A stretch of DNA of 64,000 nt from an uncultured Verrucomicrobiae bacterium (GTDB lineage: Bacteria > Verrucomicrobiota > Verrucomicrobiia > Chthoniobacterales > UBA10450), in contig CAWFGO010000003.1 in the NCBI GenBank assembly GCA_963815455.1, forward strand, positions 480,001-544,000, read 5' to 3'. Both the position numbers and the translations under genes were made by a program. Of this stretch, positions 1 through 11,005 are shown in pieces (the first letter of the stretch is position 1; each line of letters starts with the position of its first letter). The notes under the pieces are model-generated. The model ran no database searches. It worked only from the letters and a program-made list of their open reading frames with translations, and had not been told where the DNA came from.

Positions 1-246
1 AAAGAACTCTTTTGTTTTCCACGCCTTGTCCAAAGCGGCGGCGTGGCCCTGCCAGGCGGCGTTCTGCGTGAGCGGCACGAGCGGCCCGGTCGTCACGGGC
101 AGGCCGGCGAGCAGGTGCGCGGTCTCGTCGAGCGTGGGGCCGTTTTGACCGTAAACGGATGAGCAAACGACGGCCAAAGAGCAGGCCAGCGCAATCTGGC
201 AACACTTACGTTGCATCAATTCCGCGAAGAAATTCCTTCGATTCAT
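1..246 (-). CDS. Hypothetical exported protein, N-terminal part (runs off window start)
   Basis: Manually translated: MNRRNFFAELMQRKCCQIALACSLAVVCSSVYGQNGPTLDETAHLLAGLPV...; open to window edge; signal-peptide-like N-terminus. Confidence 0.6.
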   Translation of the reverse strand, partial: MNRRNFFAELMQRKCCQIALACSLAVVCSSVYGQNGPTLDETAHLLAGLPVTTGPLVPLTQNAAWQGHAAALDKAWKTKEFF

Positions 247-411
247 CGGCGTGCTCTTGCCACATAGTCACGGTCGGAGCAAACATTGGGACAAGATTGT
301 GCGTTTATTTGCGTATCTGCTAATGTAAGCGGCTTGATGTTCAGCCGAGGTATAGCAGATTCCAACCCGGCATCGCGCATGATGAGGTTAATACTGCGAC
401 AAAAAAAGTAG

Positions 412-1770
<1,359 letters not shown>

Positions 1771-1789
1771 TTTTTCGTAAATCTCGATC

Positions 1790-3631
1790 TCACCGCACTG
1801 CTTTACTGCGGATTGGCTGCCTGGACCGGTAGGTCTCAATATTCTTTTCCAAGTCAGCAGCCAGACCAGAGTCGCCAGTAGCAGTCGCCGTTTCCCAAGC
1901 TCTTTCCGCGGCGCGGACGGCCTCGGGAAATTGGCCAGTCTCAGCATAAGCCGCTGCCAGGGTGCGTAAGACAATCGGATTATCACGCTTCGAATCGCGA
2001 ACCACACTGCCAGCGAGTCCGACGGCCCTTTCGCCATCGCGCAGCGCGGGGTCGGGCGAAGTGGCTAATACCCACGCGAGATTGCAGCGCACGTTCAAGT
2101 TGCTGGGCGAGTTTCTCAGGCTGTTTTCGAAATGTGCTACCGCGTCCCGCTCATTGCCCAACTGCAGGTAAGCGAGCCCAAGGTTATTTTCCGCATTGGC
2201 GTCATCGGGCCGAATCCGAAGCGCTTGCTGACAATGCGTGATCGCGTCGTTCAACCGGCCCCGCCGCATCAGCAAATCAGCCAGGCTTGAGTGGGCAAAA
2301 TAGTTGTCCCGAGTGACCGATATCGCGTGAGTCCAAAGAACTTCGCTGTCGCGCCAGTAGGCCGCTTGGCCGCGCGCCGTCCACGCCAGTGCGGCGATAA
2401 CCAGACCCGCAGCCAAGCCGATGATCCCCCTGCGAGCAACCCAGTGCGCCGACAGGTGCGCCACTCCCCACGCAATGATCAGGTAGAGACCAATCTGGGG
2501 CAGGTAAGTATAGCGATCGGCATGTCCTTGTAGTCCGACTTGAACAATCCCAATAACCGGCAGCAACATCGACAAGTACCAGAACCAGCCAACGGCGAAA
2601 TACGGCCGGCGCTCACGAAGCCAAAATGCTGCCGTTGTCATCGCGATCAGAAAAACAACAGCGACCACGACTTGCCAGGCAATGCTTGGGCCGCCATATG
2701 GGTAGAAAACCGCGAGCCGATCGGGCCATACCATCTGCCAGACATAAATGGCATAGGTGATGATCGCGTTGGCGATCCGCGAGGACATCGGCAACCGCTG
2801 CATCGATGCCGCATTCTGCGCAATGATCGTTGCCACAGACAAAGCCGCCGACAGTGTAAAGAGCGGAATTTTTTCCAGGATCGCCCGGCGCATTTCACGC
2901 CGCCCAGAAATTCTTTTGAGCGGCCAGTAATCGAGCAGAAGCAACACAAACGGAACAGTTACCAACATCGGCTTGGACATCAGCCCGCAGGCAAACAAGA
3001 TCGACATCGCCACGTAGCGGGCGAACGTTCGCTTGCGCGTATAGCGCACATACGCGCCAAGTGTGAGCATGAATAACACGGCGCTAAGCACGTCCTTGCG
3101 TTCCGCAATCCAGGCGACCGATTCCACGCGCAGGGGGTGAACCGTAAAGACCGCCGCGACAAACGCGCTACGCCCAAGCAGTCCCGTCATGTCGCGGAGC
3201 ACGAGAAAGAGCAAAACCACCGCGATGGCGTGGAGCACAACGTTGGTGAAATGATGACCGCCAGGATTGAGGCCAAACAATTGGCAATCGAGCATATGAG
3301 AAATCGTCGTGAGCGGATGCCAGTTTCCGCCGACGACGTGCGTAAATGCCCAAACAATTCCGTGAATGGTTAGCCCTCTGATGATCTCGGGATTCTCATA
3401 GATGTAGTGAGGATCGTCGAAATCAACGAACGGAAATCGAATCGTCTGACCGAACACAAACCAGGTGATGGCGACCAGAAGAAGGCTGATGACGACGGTC
3501 GTTCCAAGCGAAGTCGAGGAATCCCGATGCAAAATCGACCGGCTGCTCCGCGGAATCCTTTCACTCCGAAAGGTTTCGGAGCTCAGGATGACTGGGCGAC
3601 GAGAGCGCCCCCTATTCGTTCGATTCCGCAT
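1790..3631 (-). CDS. TMTC-like GT-C membrane glycosyltransferase with C-terminal TPRs (copy 1)
   Basis: Multi-TM domain with FDD..Y loop, WHPLT, HPLRVESVAWIAERKDVL, ADRYTYLP, followed by TPR repeats. Confidence 0.8.
   Translation of the reverse strand: MRNRTNRGRSRRPVILSSETFRSERIPRSSRSILHRDSSTSLGTTVVISLLLVAITWFVFGQTIRFPFVDFDDPHYIYENPEIIRGLTIHGIVWAFTHVVGGNWHPLTTISHMLDCQLFGLNPGGHHFTNVVLHAIAVVLLFLVLRDMTGLLGRSAFVAAVFTVHPLRVESVAWIAERKDVLSAVLFMLTLGAYVRYTRKRTFARYVAMSILFACGLMSKPMLVTVPFVLLLLDYWPLKRISGRREMRRAILEKIPLFTLSAALSVATIIAQNAASMQRLPMSSRIANAIITYAIYVWQMVWPDRLAVFYPYGGPSIAWQVVVAVVFLIAMTTAAFWLRERRPYFAVGWFWYLSMLLPVIGIVQVGLQGHADRYTYLPQIGLYLIIAWGVAHLSAHWVARRGIIGLAAGLVIAALAWTARGQAAYWRDSEVLWTHAISVTRDNYFAHSSLADLLMRRGRLNDAITHCQQALRIRPDDANAENNLGLAYLQLGNERDAVAHFENSLRNSPSNLNVRCNLAWVLATSPDPALRDGERAVGLAGSVVRDSKRDNPIVLRTLAAAYAETGQFPEAVRAAERAWETATATGDSGLAADLEKNIETYRSRQPIRSKAVR
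3498..3592. repeat. GTCAT...ATGAC palindromic (CGTC-type, REP/MITE-like) repeat, read in frame within the 1790-3631 CDS
   Basis: gtcgttccaagcgaagtcgaggaatccc...gctcaggatgac matches copies at 12606, 14363 and 25558. Confidence 0.8.
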
Positions 3632-5582
3632 TGGTCAGACTAGAATCGCGTAAGGGAAAGCGTTCGCGATAAAGATCGACATCCTGCGCTAACTTAATTG
3701 CCAGCGAATTCTGACCAAGCGCGTCGGCCAGCCCTGCTGCGCGTTGGGCGATTTCGATTGCGTCGTCAAAGCGGCCAGCGTCGGCGTAGGCCGCCGCCAG
3801 AGTACGCATGACGATTGGATTTTTTTCGTCGGAGTAATGGTTGGCTTTCCGCGCGAGTTCAATCGCTTTCGCGCCATCGCGTAACGACGCATCGGCAGAA
3901 GTGGCTGAAATCCAAGCGAGTTTGTTTAGCGTTAAGATCGAACGCGGGTCCAGCTGCAACACCTTCTCATAATGGGATATCCCCTCTCGAATCCGGTGTG
4001 TTCGCACGAGCGCGTCGCCAAGCATCGTATGCCCTTCGACATCGTCGGGATGGATCGACAATGTCTTCCTCCATTCGGCAATCGCTTCGTCCAGCCTGCC
4101 TTGCTGAAGAAACACGCTACCGAGATTGAAATGGCCATCCGCGTAATCCGGCCGCAGCGCGATCGCCTTTTCGTACTGCGCAATCGCTTCGTCGAGTCGC
4201 TCCTTTTCGACAAAGGCGTTGCCGAGATTGTTGTGAACCAGCGCATTACTCAAGTTGTAGCGCGCTTCCTGGGCATCGCCGCGAATTCGTAGCGCGGCTT
4301 GATATTGGGCGATTGCGCCGTCAATTCGGCCGCGCTCGGCGAGGAATTGGCCGAGATTGTTGTGCGCGATATCGTTGTCTGAGGTAACGGCCAGCGTGTG
4401 CGTCCATAGCGTTTCGCTGTTTTTCCAGTACTTCGTCTGCTTCCAGGACTGCCACCCGGGTGCCAACAGCAAAATCGCGGCAATGGCCGCCAGAAATTTC
4501 TCCCTGCCACGGAAGATCGCCATATCCGCGACTGTCCAGGTCGCCAATACGTAGAGGCCAATTTGCGGCAGATAGGTGTAGCGATCGGCGTGACTTTGAA
4601 GACCGATTTGGAGAACGCCAATCACAGGAACGAGCATTCCCAAATACCAAAACCAACCGGTAAAAAGATATGGATGTCTTTTGCGCATCGCGACCGTAAT
4701 TGCACTGACCGCGATGAGAAATCCAAACGCGAAAACGATTTGCCAAACGGAGAAGGAATGCGCCGGATAGAAAACCGCGAGTTTAACAGGCCAAAACATT
4801 TGCCCGATATAAGTCGTGCAGCTGACCGCGGCGTTTTCGATTCGCCAGATGAATGGGAGTGGTTCCATATCGCCGGTCGATCCCCGTTGCGCGATAATGG
4901 TTACGACACACGACGCGGCTGACAACACAAACAGCGGAAGCTTTTCGACCACGAGACCAATGACAACCGACCACTGACCTTTGAGGCGATCCAGCGGCCA
5001 ATAATCGAGCAAGAGCAAAACAAACGGCACAGTTACCAGCATCGGTTTGGACATCAGCCCGCAGGCGAACAGGATCGACATCGTTACGTACCGGCCAATC
5101 GTCCGCCGCCGCGTGTAACCTACGTAAGCGCCTAGCGTTAGCATAAAGAAAACAGCGCTGAGCACGTCTTTGCGTTCGGCGATCCAGGCGACGGATTCGA
5201 CATGCAACGGATGAATTGCGAAGACCGCCGCAACAAACGCGCTCCGCCAAAGCTGTGCCGTCATTTGATTGAGCACGAGAAGGAGCAAGATAACGGCGAT
5301 GGTGTGGAGCAGAACGTTTGTGAAATGATGACCGCCCGCGTTCAGCCCGAACACTTGGCAATCGAACATGTGCGAAATCGTGGTCAGCGGATGCCAATTA
5401 AGCGCGTGGCTGTGGATGAACGCCCACGCGATTCCGGGCCACGTCAGTCCACTGGTTACCACCGGATTCCCGTAAACGTATGTCTTGTCGTCAAAATTGA
5501 CGAAGTCGTGTCCGAGCGTCTGGCCAAAGACCAGCCACGTAATCGCGACCAGAAAAACGCAAATCCCGAGACGCGTCTTCAA
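3612..5582 (-). CDS. TMTC-like GT-C membrane glycosyltransferase with C-terminal TPRs (copy 2)
   Basis: Same motifs as copy 1 (FVNFDDKTY, WHPLTT, ESVAWIAERKDV, ADRYTYLP) plus TPRs; likely TTG start at 5582, just after the upstream GT2 stop. Confidence 0.8.
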   Translation of the reverse strand: MKTRLGICVFLVAITWLVFGQTLGHDFVNFDDKTYVYGNPVVTSGLTWPGIAWAFIHSHALNWHPLTTISHMFDCQVFGLNAGGHHFTNVLLHTIAVILLLLVLNQMTAQLWRSAFVAAVFAIHPLHVESVAWIAERKDVLSAVFFMLTLGAYVGYTRRRTIGRYVTMSILFACGLMSKPMLVTVPFVLLLLDYWPLDRLKGQWSVVIGLVVEKLPLFVLSAASCVVTIIAQRGSTGDMEPLPFIWRIENAAVSCTTYIGQMFWPVKLAVFYPAHSFSVWQIVFAFGFLIAVSAITVAMRKRHPYLFTGWFWYLGMLVPVIGVLQIGLQSHADRYTYLPQIGLYVLATWTVADMAIFRGREKFLAAIAAILLLAPGWQSWKQTKYWKNSETLWTHTLAVTSDNDIAHNNLGQFLAERGRIDGAIAQYQAALRIRGDAQEARYNLSNALVHNNLGNAFVEKERLDEAIAQYEKAIALRPDYADGHFNLGSVFLQQGRLDEAIAEWRKTLSIHPDDVEGHTMLGDALVRTHRIREGISHYEKVLQLDPRSILTLNKLAWISATSADASLRDGAKAIELARKANHYSDEKNPIVMRTLAAAYADAGRFDDAIEIAQRAAGLADALGQNSLAIKLAQDVDLYRERFPLRDSSLTNAESNE

Positions 5583-5583
5583 A

Positions 5584-6312
5584 TTAACGATCGGGACCCG
5601 AACGCGCGAGTCCGTAGCGCAAAGCCGTGGCGAGACATCCGAGCCCGTAGCGGACGCTTCGGCGAAAATTGATCGATGATGCTTCGGGCATATAGCGCGC
5701 GGGGCATGTGACTTCACCGATCGAAACTCCCAACGCGATGATTTGGGCGAGGATCTGGTTATCGAAAACGAAATCGTCGGAGTTCTTTTCGATCGGCAAA
5801 CGCTCGAGCAAATGCCGGGAAAACGCTCGATAACCGGTATGATACTCCGAAAGCTTAGCGCCAAGCAGTAGGTTCTCCGCCAGCGTGAGAAAGCGGTTGG
5901 CGACATATTTCCACAATGGCATTCCGCCGCGCAGAGCGCCGCCGCCGAGAATCCGCGAGGCGAGTACGCATGGGTAAAGCCCGCTAGCAACGAGCGACGC
6001 CATCGCCGGGAGCAGTTGCGGCGTGTACTGGTAGTCGGGATGAATCATGACAATAATATCGGCTCCGGCGGCGAGCGCGAGCCGGTAACAAGTTTTTTGA
6101 TTGGCGCCGTAGCCGCGATTCTCTGGATGCACTTCCACCTGGACGCGATTCAGAGTGCGGGCGATCGCTACGGTTTCGTCGTGGCTGGCGTCATCGACGA
6201 CAATAACAAGATCGACAATGCCCTGAGCCATCACTTCGTCGTAAGTGCGTTGCAAAGTGCGCGCGGCGTTGTAAGCGGGCATTACCACGACGATCTTCTG
6301 GCTGTTCAACAT
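5584..6312 (-). CDS. GT2 glycosyltransferase, DPM1/polyprenol-phosphate sugar synthase-like
   Basis: VVMPAYNA, VDDASHD, NRGYGANQK, HPDYQY, ASR, HTGYRAF motifs. Confidence 0.85.
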   Translation of the reverse strand: MLNSQKIVVVMPAYNAARTLQRTYDEVMAQGIVDLVIVVDDASHDETVAIARTLNRVQVEVHPENRGYGANQKTCYRLALAAGADIIVMIHPDYQYTPQLLPAMASLVASGLYPCVLASRILGGGALRGGMPLWKYVANRFLTLAENLLLGAKLSEYHTGYRAFSRHLLERLPIEKNSDDFVFDNQILAQIIALGVSIGEVTCPARYMPEASSINFRRSVRYGLGCLATALRYGLARSGPDR

Positions 6313-6388
6313 GGCTCATGTTTATATTAGGCCGTGCTCAAGAAGCAAACGTGCGGTCGATTTTGAATCATAAATAATTCGAGCCGTT

Positions 6389-6413
6389 GCCGGGATCAGC
6401 GATCCCGGCTACA
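6389..6413 (-). repeat. GTAG-type REP, subfamily 2 (TGTAG-CCGGGATC-N3-GATCCCGG)
   Basis: GTAG foot plus perfect 8-bp stem; second copy at 48006-48029. Confidence 0.7.
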
Positions 6414-6421
6414 ACTGCGAC

Positions 6422-8375
6422 ATGCCGATGGCTGAGTTTTTTTCCTCGTCGCGCAATCGAGCGTGCCTGTTTGGCTTGATCCTCGTTGCCGCGACGATCT
6501 TGGCCTACCGGCCGGCCTGGCACGGCGGATTTATCTGGGATGACGATGAATACGTGACGAAAAATCATCTGCTGGTCGCGCCTGATGGGCTGCGCCGGAT
6601 CTGGTTCTCGCTCGATTCGCCTTCGCAATATTTCCCGCTCACTTACACAACGCTTCGGATCGAGCGCGCGCTTTGGGGTCTGAATCCGACGGGATATCAT
6701 TGGGTTAACATTCTTTTTCACGTCGTGAACGCGTTGCTGTTGTGGCGGTTGCTGACGCGCCTAAAGATTCCCGGCGCATGGCTGGCAGCCGGCATTTTCG
6801 CGCTCCATCCCGTTCAGGTGGAATCGGTCGCCTGGATCACCGAACGCAAGAACGTGCTGATGGGATTTTTCTTCCTGTTGACGCTCCTGGCCTGGACAAA
6901 GTTTGTCGGCGAGCAAACGGCCCGGCGCTGGCGTTTCTACGCGCTGTCCCTGGTTTTCTTTCTGCTCGCGTTGTTCGCTAAATCGACGGCATGCACCCTA
7001 CCGGCGGCGTTGTTTCTGATTTTATGGTTGCAGGAGAAACGGATCGATTGGCGGCGAGTCGCACAAATCGTCCCGTTTCTCGTTCTCGGTTTGGCGATGG
7101 GGCTCATTGCGGTCTGGTGGGAGCGTTATCACCAGGGGACGCGCGGAGCGATGTTCGCCCTCGGGCCGTTCGAGCGATTGATCGTGGCAACGCATGCGAT
7201 CTGGTTTTACCTGGGCAAATTGTTATGGCCAGCGAAGCTGACGTTCATTCATCCGCAGTGGACGATCTCACCGGGTAATCCCCTTTCCTATGCCTGGCTC
7301 GCGGCATGTATCGCAGCGGGGATTGCGATCTATTTTCTCAGACGTCGCGTCGGGAGAGGCCTCGAAGTCGCCGCGGCGTTTTTTGTGGCTACGCTGAGCC
7401 CCGTCTTGGGGTTCATTATGCTCTACACGTTTCGTTACACGTTCGTGGCAGATCATTACCAATATCTCGCCTGCATCGGCCCGATCGTGCTCGCCGCGGC
7501 CGGTATTGTGAAATTCACGGAGTGGACGCGACTCGGTCCAGGCGTTCTCGCCGGTATCGGCACGTTGATCTTCGCCATGCTCGGCATATTGACCTGGCAT
7601 CAAAGCGCCAACTATCGCGATATCGAAACGCTCTGGCGGGCAACCATTGCGAATAATCCCGATTGCTGGATGGCGGAAAATAATCTCGGGATCGCCCTCG
7701 TGGAAAAGGGTGAGGTCGATGAAGCGATCGCGCATTACGAAAAATCCCTCGGGATGCGGCCCCAATACGCACAGACGCATTACAACTACGGCAATGCGTT
7801 GCTACTCAAAGGGCGCGTTGACGAAGCGATCGCGGAAAGTCGCGAGGCGTTGAGCCCTGGAGCCGAACGATCCGGACGCGCATGTCGCTCTAGGCAATGC
7901 TCTTTTGACCAAAGGTCTCATCGACGACGCAATCGTCCAGTATTCGAAAGCTCTGGAACTGCGTCCCCATCACAGCAGCGCTCATTACAATCTGGCCAAC
8001 GCATTGTTGCAGAAAAGCGAACGGCGCCAGGCGATCGCACATTACGAAGCAGCTCTCGACGAACAACCGGATTTTGTTGAAGCGCTGACCAATCTGGCCT
8101 GGCTGCTGGCGATCTCGCCCGGATCGGCAATTCGCAATGGCACCAGAGCGGTTGCTCTGGCCGAAAAAGCCAACCGGCTAGTGGGTGGAGCAAACGTTCT
8201 TAATCTCCGGGCACTCGCTGCCGCCTACGCCGAAAACGGGCAGTTCGAATTGGCGGTTGCGACGGCTCAGCGCGCCTTGCAGATCGCGTTGCAACACGAC
8301 CAGCCAGCACTGGCCGAAGCGCTTCGCCGCGAAATCACGCTTTACGAAAGCGGCTCATCGTATCGGGAGCCGTAA
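6422..8375 (+). CDS. TMTC-like GT-C membrane glycosyltransferase with TPRs (copy 3); one frameshift near 7856
   Basis: FIWDDDEY, YFPLT, HPVQVESVAWITERKNVL, ADHYQYL; TPRs continue in ORF 7905-8375 after an extra C in a CCC run. Confidence 0.8.
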
Positions 8376-8401
8376 AGCTGCTGCGGGTGCCTTGTTGCGA
8401 T

Positions 8402-8440
8402 AAAAAAATCCGCCGCCCCGATGTTATTCGGAGCGGCGGA
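8402..8440 (-). terminator. Rho-independent terminator
   Basis: tccgccgc/gcggcgga GC stem next to an A7 run (U-tract on minus strand), downstream of 8466-9203. Confidence 0.75.
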
Positions 8441-8465
8441 GATCCAATTGGAGTTCAGCTATGCT

Positions 8466-9203
8466 CTAATCGCCAAATAGCCGCATGTTGCAGGTAATGG
8501 TCGCATCCGTAACAAATTTTGCCGTGCCGGTGACATCCATTCGAATCGTCATAGGATTCTTGAACAGGTTGTCCACAACGCTCTGCGGAAGACCTGATCC
8601 TACCAACTGGGCCTTATTGATTCCGGCGTTTCCCGCTCGTGCATAATCCAGGCGAGTTCTGATCCGCTCGTCCACAGCAAGACTGCGATCAACCCGGTTG
8701 CGATTGGGCGAGAAGACGAAAACCAGCTGCCCGTTGGCCGGCAAGCCGGTATTGGGATCAATGATGCTTGGATCGTTCAAGACCGTACTCACGATTGTGA
8801 GACTCGCTGAGTAATCAAATATGGCCTGCGGTTGTGCAACCCCGGTTGAATTTTGCAATTGATAGTTCACAAAGAAATTCAGGACCGGATAAATGATGTC
8901 TTTCGAGCTGTTCTTCGGCAGATTGATCCGGCAAATGTTCTGCGCACTGAATGTGGTCACAGCCGGTGCCGGGTTAAGCGTGAAACACTGATTGTCGGGC
9001 GGTGTGGGAGTAGGCGAAGGCAGAGCCGAGCAATCGGGCGACAAGGTGATGAATCCACTCGCGACTCCTATGTATTGAGCATTGTGACCAAAAGAATCGA
9101 CATCGCCCACGTCGCTGGGGCTCGGAGGCGCGGCCCGCAATCCCCCTGCAATCGCCAAACTCGACAGAACTAGCACAAGCGTTCCAAACATTTTGCATTT
9201 CAT
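8466..9203 (-). CDS. Secreted hypothetical protein
   Basis: 245-aa ORF with signal peptide, beta-rich; no family recognised. Confidence 0.75.
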   Translation of the reverse strand: MKCKMFGTLVLVLSSLAIAGGLRAAPPSPSDVGDVDSFGHNAQYIGVASGFITLSPDCSALPSPTPTPPDNQCFTLNPAPAVTTFSAQNICRINLPKNSSKDIIYPVLNFFVNYQLQNSTGVAQPQAIFDYSASLTIVSTVLNDPSIIDPNTGLPANGQLVFVFSPNRNRVDRSLAVDERIRTRLDYARAGNAGINKAQLVGSGLPQSVVDNLFKNPMTIRMDVTGTAKFVTDATITCNMRLFGD

Positions 9204-9384
9204 TTTTTCCTGTTTCCTTTCCTGGTTGAGTTATGAATCGTAATGGTGCACCGATCCGGTCGCACCCTCAGCGTATGTATTATTACATGGCCGACCTTGG
9301 AGATCTGTCAATTTCGATCGCTGCGGATTTGCCACGTGATTGCCGATTCCAGAGACAACCTTATTTCCGGACTTTTCTTCATTT

Positions 9385-10242
9385 ATGATTATCTTTCATG
9401 ATCCGAAGTGCGCGGAGTATTCCGCGCCCGGGCATCCCGAGCGGCCGGGCCGGATTGTGCGAACCGTGCCGCTTCTGCAAAATCGACATCGCGATTGGGA
9501 ATGGAGGGAGCCCCGCGTGGCGACTGAGGAGGAACTCTTGCGCGCGCATTCACCGGAACAGATCGCGCGGATTAAGTTTGCCGCTCAGGATTTCGATGCC
9601 GATACGCCGGCGTATCCGAATATCTTCGATCACGCTTTGCGATCCGCCGGAGCGGCAGTCGAAACTGCTCACGTTGCGTTAAAGGGCGAACACGCTTTCA
9701 GTTTGATGCGGCCGCCCGGGCATCATGCAACCCGCGATCAGGCGATGGGATTCTGTTATTTCAGCAACATCGCCGTCGCCGCGCTGGACGCGTTGGCGAA
9801 TGGCGCCCAGCGGGTCGCCATTTGGGATTTCGACGCGCACCATGGCAACGGCACCGAAGCCATCGTCGCCCACAACGCGGCGATCGCATTCGCCTCCATT
9901 CATCAATTCCCGGCTTATCCAGGCACCGGCGCCAAATCGTTCGACAACATCGACAATTATCCTGTAGCCCCGGGCACACCCCGGGTCCAACATGTCGACG
10001 TTGCGGAACGGGCGCTGCAAAAGCTGCTGCGGTTCAAACCCGATCTCCTTCTCGTTTCCGCCGGGTTCGATGCCTACGCGCGCGACCCGTTGGTGCAAAT
10101 GACATTGGAAATTGAAGATTTCGCGCGGTTCGGTGAACGGCTCGCGAACGTCGGAACACCTGTGGCCGCGATTCTCGAAGGCGGCTACAGTGATGATCTT
10201 CCGGAATTGATCGACGCCTTTTTGACGAGTTGGGCTGGTTAG
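9385..10242 (+). CDS. Histone deacetylase family (AcuC/AphA-like) protein
   Basis: HPERPGR, RPPGHHA, GFCYFSN, DFDAHHGNGT, SAGFD, LEGGY. Confidence 0.93.
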   Translation: MIIFHDPKCAEYSAPGHPERPGRIVRTVPLLQNRHRDWEWREPRVATEEELLRAHSPEQIARIKFAAQDFDADTPAYPNIFDHALRSAGAAVETAHVALKGEHAFSLMRPPGHHATRDQAMGFCYFSNIAVAALDALANGAQRVAIWDFDAHHGNGTEAIVAHNAAIAFASIHQFPAYPGTGAKSFDNIDNYPVAPGTPRVQHVDVAERALQKLLRFKPDLLLVSAGFDAYARDPLVQMTLEIEDFARFGERLANVGTPVAAILEGGYSDDLPELIDAFLTSWAG

Positions 10243-10264
10243 CGCACCTGCCAGCGCCCCTTCT

Positions 10265-10402
10265 GTCATCCCGATCCCGCAGTCGCGGGAGAGGGACCTC
10301 GCGGTCGTAGTCACCGCAGCGAGCACGCTGAAAGCATTGATCGTTTGGTTTCTCGCAAACGTTGCCTCCATTCGGGGGGTTCTTCGCTTCGCTCAGAATG
10401 AC
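10265..10402. repeat. GTCAT...ATGAC palindromic repeat
   Basis: Ends gtcatccc... and ...cttcgcttcgctcagaatgac. Confidence 0.7.
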
Positions 10403-10409
10403 GGAGCGC

Positions 10410-10460
10410 CGGGCTGGCGGGATTTGAACCCACGACCTGTCGCCGCGGCGACCGTTCTAT
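10410..10460 (-). repeat. Pseudo-tRNA: copy of the tRNA-Pro 3' part with a substituted anticodon arm
   Basis: 29 bp (10410-10438) identical to the tRNA-Pro 3' end; TAGAACG D-arm strand retained; anticodon arm replaced by GTCGCCGCGGCGAC. Confidence 0.85.
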
Positions 10461-10580
10461 CGACCAAGCTTAGCGACCGCCGCCGGAAACGCCCGGTCGG
10501 TTGCAACCATCGCTGACAAATTACCCGAACCGTCCGCCTGCCCAGCGGGGCGGCGGTTCGCTGCAGCGCTCTGGTTAGGC
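10455..10580 (-). mobile_element. Integron attC-like recombination site
   Basis: Minus strand GCCTAAC(R'')-cagagc-GCTGCAGCGAACCGCCGCC ... GGCGGCGGTCGCTAAGC-ttggtc-GATAGAA (R' variant); about 126-bp imperfect palindrome with two unpaired bases, 13 nt after an ORF stop. Confidence 0.75.
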
Positions 10581-10593
10581 GTTACGGTGTCTC

Positions 10594-10989
10594 TCATCTG
10601 AACCCCTGAAAATCAAAATTGCCGAGGAAGCGCACGGGCGCAGTCGGATTAACGGTGACCCGCTTCGGGTCAAACTCAACCCAGTGAAACACTAGCATCG
10701 TGGACGCGGAAGCAATCCCCGCTGCCTCTGCCGCCGCCACAACAGCGTCTGCGTAGTCACGCCAGCACGAGAACTCCTCGACAAGCTCGCGAATCGAAAC
10801 TGGCTGCGGTGTAACCGCCATCTCCGGGCCTCGTCGGTCGGCGATGCGAAAACCAAAATCCCGCTCAAACCCTCGGTCAAGATTCATGTAGTCGTCTGCC
10901 TGCAACTCGTCGGTGAATGAGCCAATCCAAACGGCAACACGCCCCTGAACGGTGATGTCGTCTTGGTGGAATGATGGCTGAGTAGTCAC
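10594..10989 (-). CDS. Immunity protein 22 (Imm22)-like cassette ORF
   Basis: GTG start, 131 aa; VAVWIGSF, FERDFGF, SIRELVEEFS, VRFLGNFDF resemble Imm22 from recall, not searched. Confidence 0.6.
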   Translation of the reverse strand: MTTQPSFHQDDITVQGRVAVWIGSFTDELQADDYMNLDRGFERDFGFRIADRRGPEMAVTPQPVSIRELVEEFSCWRDYADAVVAAAEAAGIASASTMLVFHWVEFDPKRVTVNPTAPVRFLGNFDFQGFR

Positions 10990-11005
10990 AGCAACGTAGT
11001 AACGT

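Noticed and set aside
5583..5990. N-terminal extension of the 792-aa ORF
   Set aside because: It overlaps the GT2 gene in another frame; homology with the paralogues starts near 5582.
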